Part shown: positions 61,414 through 64,000 of the stretch, one piece after another
Layout: every line of letters begins with the position of its first letter
How positions within the stretch are numbered: position 1 is the stretch's first letter
Assembly (NCBI RefSeq): GCF_018350175.1
Contig: NC_058368.1
Coordinates: 211,980,001 to 212,044,000 of the forward strand
DNA: 64,000 bases
Origin: Felis catus
Lineage: Eukaryota
Direction of reading: 5' to 3'
Position numbers and translations under genes: made by a program
Notes under the pieces: generated by a model
Database searches by the model: none
What the model was told of the DNA's origin: nothing
Seen by the model: only the letters and a program-made list of their open reading frames with translations

Positions 61414-61888
61414 CTCTTTTAGGATGCTGTGTGCCAAACACATGCTGTCAGAGTGGCCAGGACAGCACTGAAGTACAGGTAAAATTTGGAAGGGCACAGA
61501 AGTCTGGGGAGTGCATCTGAGACCGGGAAGGGGATTTGGATCAATATGAGCAGAGAATCAGTTTCGACCGAAAGATGAATCTGTTGTAGGGCACAAAGTC
61601 TCAGTCCTGAAGACATGCTATTTGAGATGTTAGCTGTTAAGCTCTATTGCACTTCCCAAAACTCTTTAGAGAAATGTACAAGGTACATCCCGGCTTTGCC
61701 CTTGGCCCTTCCTGTGCTTCCACATACCTTTGGTGGGGTCGAGAGGTGGCTTATCCTATCCTGACCAACATTCTGGCTTCCCTCTGCTGCCTGCAGAGAC
61801 CTGAGAAAGCTGTCTGATCCTTTCATCCTGCACTGGTCTGTTCATCATTGGAGCCATCAATGGCCCTAACAGCATATTGATGGCATCC
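61414..61888 (-). pseudogene. candidate decayed exon of nested antisense gene
   Basis: Minus-strand acceptor cattcatttttttag|GGATG and donor GAG|gtaaaa; repeat-free; overlapping minus ORFs 61419-61616, 61644-61826 and 61756-61941. Confidence 0.35.
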
Positions 61889-61999
61889 CTAAAAAAATGA
61901 ATGACTTGACATCCAGCTTCAGAGCCCTGTGTGGCAGACACACTCCTGGTGTGGTTTTTCTTCTTTTATTCGTGTCTTCAGTCAACCCACATGGCCAAG

Positions 62000-62860
62000 T
62001 CCTATCATTTCCACCTCCTAAATAGATTCCTAAATTGTCTGCCTTTCCCCAGTGCATTACTGTGCTGCAGCATCATAACTTCACTGGCATAATAGCAGAG
62101 CCTCCTGACTAGTCTCTCTGCCCTTGAACTCTCCTATTAGAAGCTAGAGGAAGTATTCTTTTTTAATGTTTTATTTTATTTATTTGAGAGAGAAACAGAG
62201 AATCCAAAGCAGACTCTGCACCAACAGCACAGAGCCCAATATGGGGCTTGAACTCCCAAACCATGAGATCAGGACCTGAGTTGAAGTGGGACGCTTAACC
62301 AACTGAGCCAGCCAGGCACCCCAGAGAAGTTATTTCTAAAGTATAAATCAGGTCATCTCTCATGCTGAAAGCCTGTCAACGTCTTCCTGCAGTGTAAAGA
62401 CCCGGCTCTTTAGTCTGTTTCAGGAGTGCCTTTTCTGTGCAACTCCTGCCTCTTCCTCCTGTTTTGTCTCTTATCACTGCAGATATAGCCTGTGACATTC
62501 TGAACTAGTTTTTATTACTCAAATAACCCTTGCTTTTCATTGCCTCTAGCCCTTGCGCTTAGGTTCCTTCTGCCTGAAACTTGTTTTCCCCAACAGCTTT
62601 ACCGAGTTACTTCTGTTCATCTTTAGGACTCATGCATGGCTTCCTTCAGAATACCTTCTTGTCTCAATCTGCGTTAGATGCCTCTCCTATGACTTTAACA
62701 CCAGCTACCTCACCTATTTTAGGCTTTATAAGATGATGAGTATCTGTCTGTATTCTTTGTAGTCTATACTGTAAACTCAGCGAGGACAAGAATCACATCT
62801 GCTTATTCACAGGCGTGTGTCCATGATCTGACAGAGTTCCCTATAGGGTAGGAACTCAGA
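62000..62860 (+). mobile_element. L2 fragment
   Basis: cctcctgactagtctctctgcc...aatcaggtcatctc...actgtaaactcagcgaggacaag. Confidence 0.6.
62161..62322 (-). mobile_element. Can-SINE within L2
   Basis: SINE body in reverse. Confidence 0.88.
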
Positions 62861-63639
62861 AACAATGAAAGCGTAAGTTTTGAGCTTACTGACCATCTAT
62901 GATGAATTTGGCAGCTTATTAAATACTTATATTCCCCTATGGAACCAGTTTAACCTCTGAGTTTAACCACTTTCCTGAAGAAAGTTAGCATGTACTCTGA
63001 TGCCTGGTTGCTGAAAGGAGTGTGCATGAGACAATATGGCAGCGGTTGGGACTCTTGGCCTGAAGTTGTAGCTGAAAGTGAATACTTCAAATTTTTATTT
63101 TAGAAAAAAGAAGAGGATGGATGAATGAATAGATGGATGGATGTATAAGAGAAAGCAAGTGACATTCATTTACTCAACAAGCTCCTACTCTGTTCTAGGA
63201 ACTGGGGATTCAGTGGTGAGGAGGATACTGACCCAGGCAGGAATGTGGCGATGGAGGTCTGAGAGAGCCTAAAGCAGGCAGGAGAGGTGTGCTCCCTAGG
63301 CAGAGGTAAAGAAGAGCGAATATCTTGGAGATGAGAGGGCCGAGTCAGTCACTAGTGCCCTGAGTACTGGCCTCTGAGCCAAGGACACATGGATTTTCAG
63401 CTTCCTGTAGAGAGTTTGGGAGGACAGTTCTCAGCCGGTCTGTGAGGCAAATTTCTGGCCTCCTTTCAGACTCGTTTCAAAAGTTGCCTCCTTGTGAGGT
63501 CCCCTTCCCCTACATGCTCAGCCCTAGGAGGACTGATGTGTCCCTTTCCTGAGCTCACTCTGCATTTTGAAGTGTAGACTTCTACCTTCCTGCCTCCCCA
63601 TCTCCTCTTTCCCTGTCTCCTAGATGTTCCTTCAGATGG

Positions 63640-64000
63640 GCTCACTTCAGAGCTCTTGCATTCACTGTTCCCTCATGCTGGATGCCCCCCCACCCCTCAC
63701 CCCCATTTCTTCATGGCTTCTTCTCTTCTGCTGCTCAAGTCTCTGCTCAGATTCACCCAGAGAAGCCTTCTTGGACCACTGTCAAAGATAGCTGTTCTTC
63801 TGTCACTTTGTAAACCATTTATCCTGCTTTCTGTCTTTTCACAGCACTTGTCATCACCTGATGTTCTTTATCTATGTATCAGTTAATTGCCTGTCTTCCC
63901 CCAACTAGAATATAGGCTCCGTGAGGGCAAACACTTCCTCACTTTTGTTCTCTGCTGAATCCCCACTGCCTGGGACAGAGCCTGCCATAGTGAGCATCTA
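63640..64000 (+). mobile_element. L2 3' fragment
   Basis: gtctctgctcagattcacc...ctgtcttcccccaactagaatataggctccgtgagggca...cagagcctgccatag. Confidence 0.7.

Noticed and set aside
1..64000. CRISPR arrays, operons, rRNA or tRNA genes
   Set aside because: The sequence is mammalian intronic DNA. The tRNA-like heads are Can-SINEs, and no repeat-spacer array is present

Overview
Mammalian genomic DNA from a felid, judged from young SINEC_Fc-type Can-SINEs and young cat-type L1s; there are no prokaryotic features. The only confidently recognised coding sequence is one 151-nt + strand exon of ADAMTS12 (prodomain exon, equivalent to human exon 3, 51952-52102), so the window lies in the large ADAMTS12 introns on either side of it. 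Much of the rest is interspersed repeat (Can-SINEs, L1, L2, MIR, MaLR/MLT2 LTRs, MER5/MER33 DNA transposons). The main unexplained signal is a series of repeat-poor unique blocks that look like decayed exons on the - strand. They have pyrimidine tract + AG acceptors, GT donors and long partly open frames, and I could recognise only Can-SINE and L1 insertions inside them. They suggest a large, dead multi-exon gene nested antisense in ADAMTS12, which I could not name. Also notable: a young solo ERV LTR that carries ancient MER5 sequence in its U3, and several atypical L1 insertions. Repeat subfamily names and most repeat boundaries were assigned by eye and are approximate.
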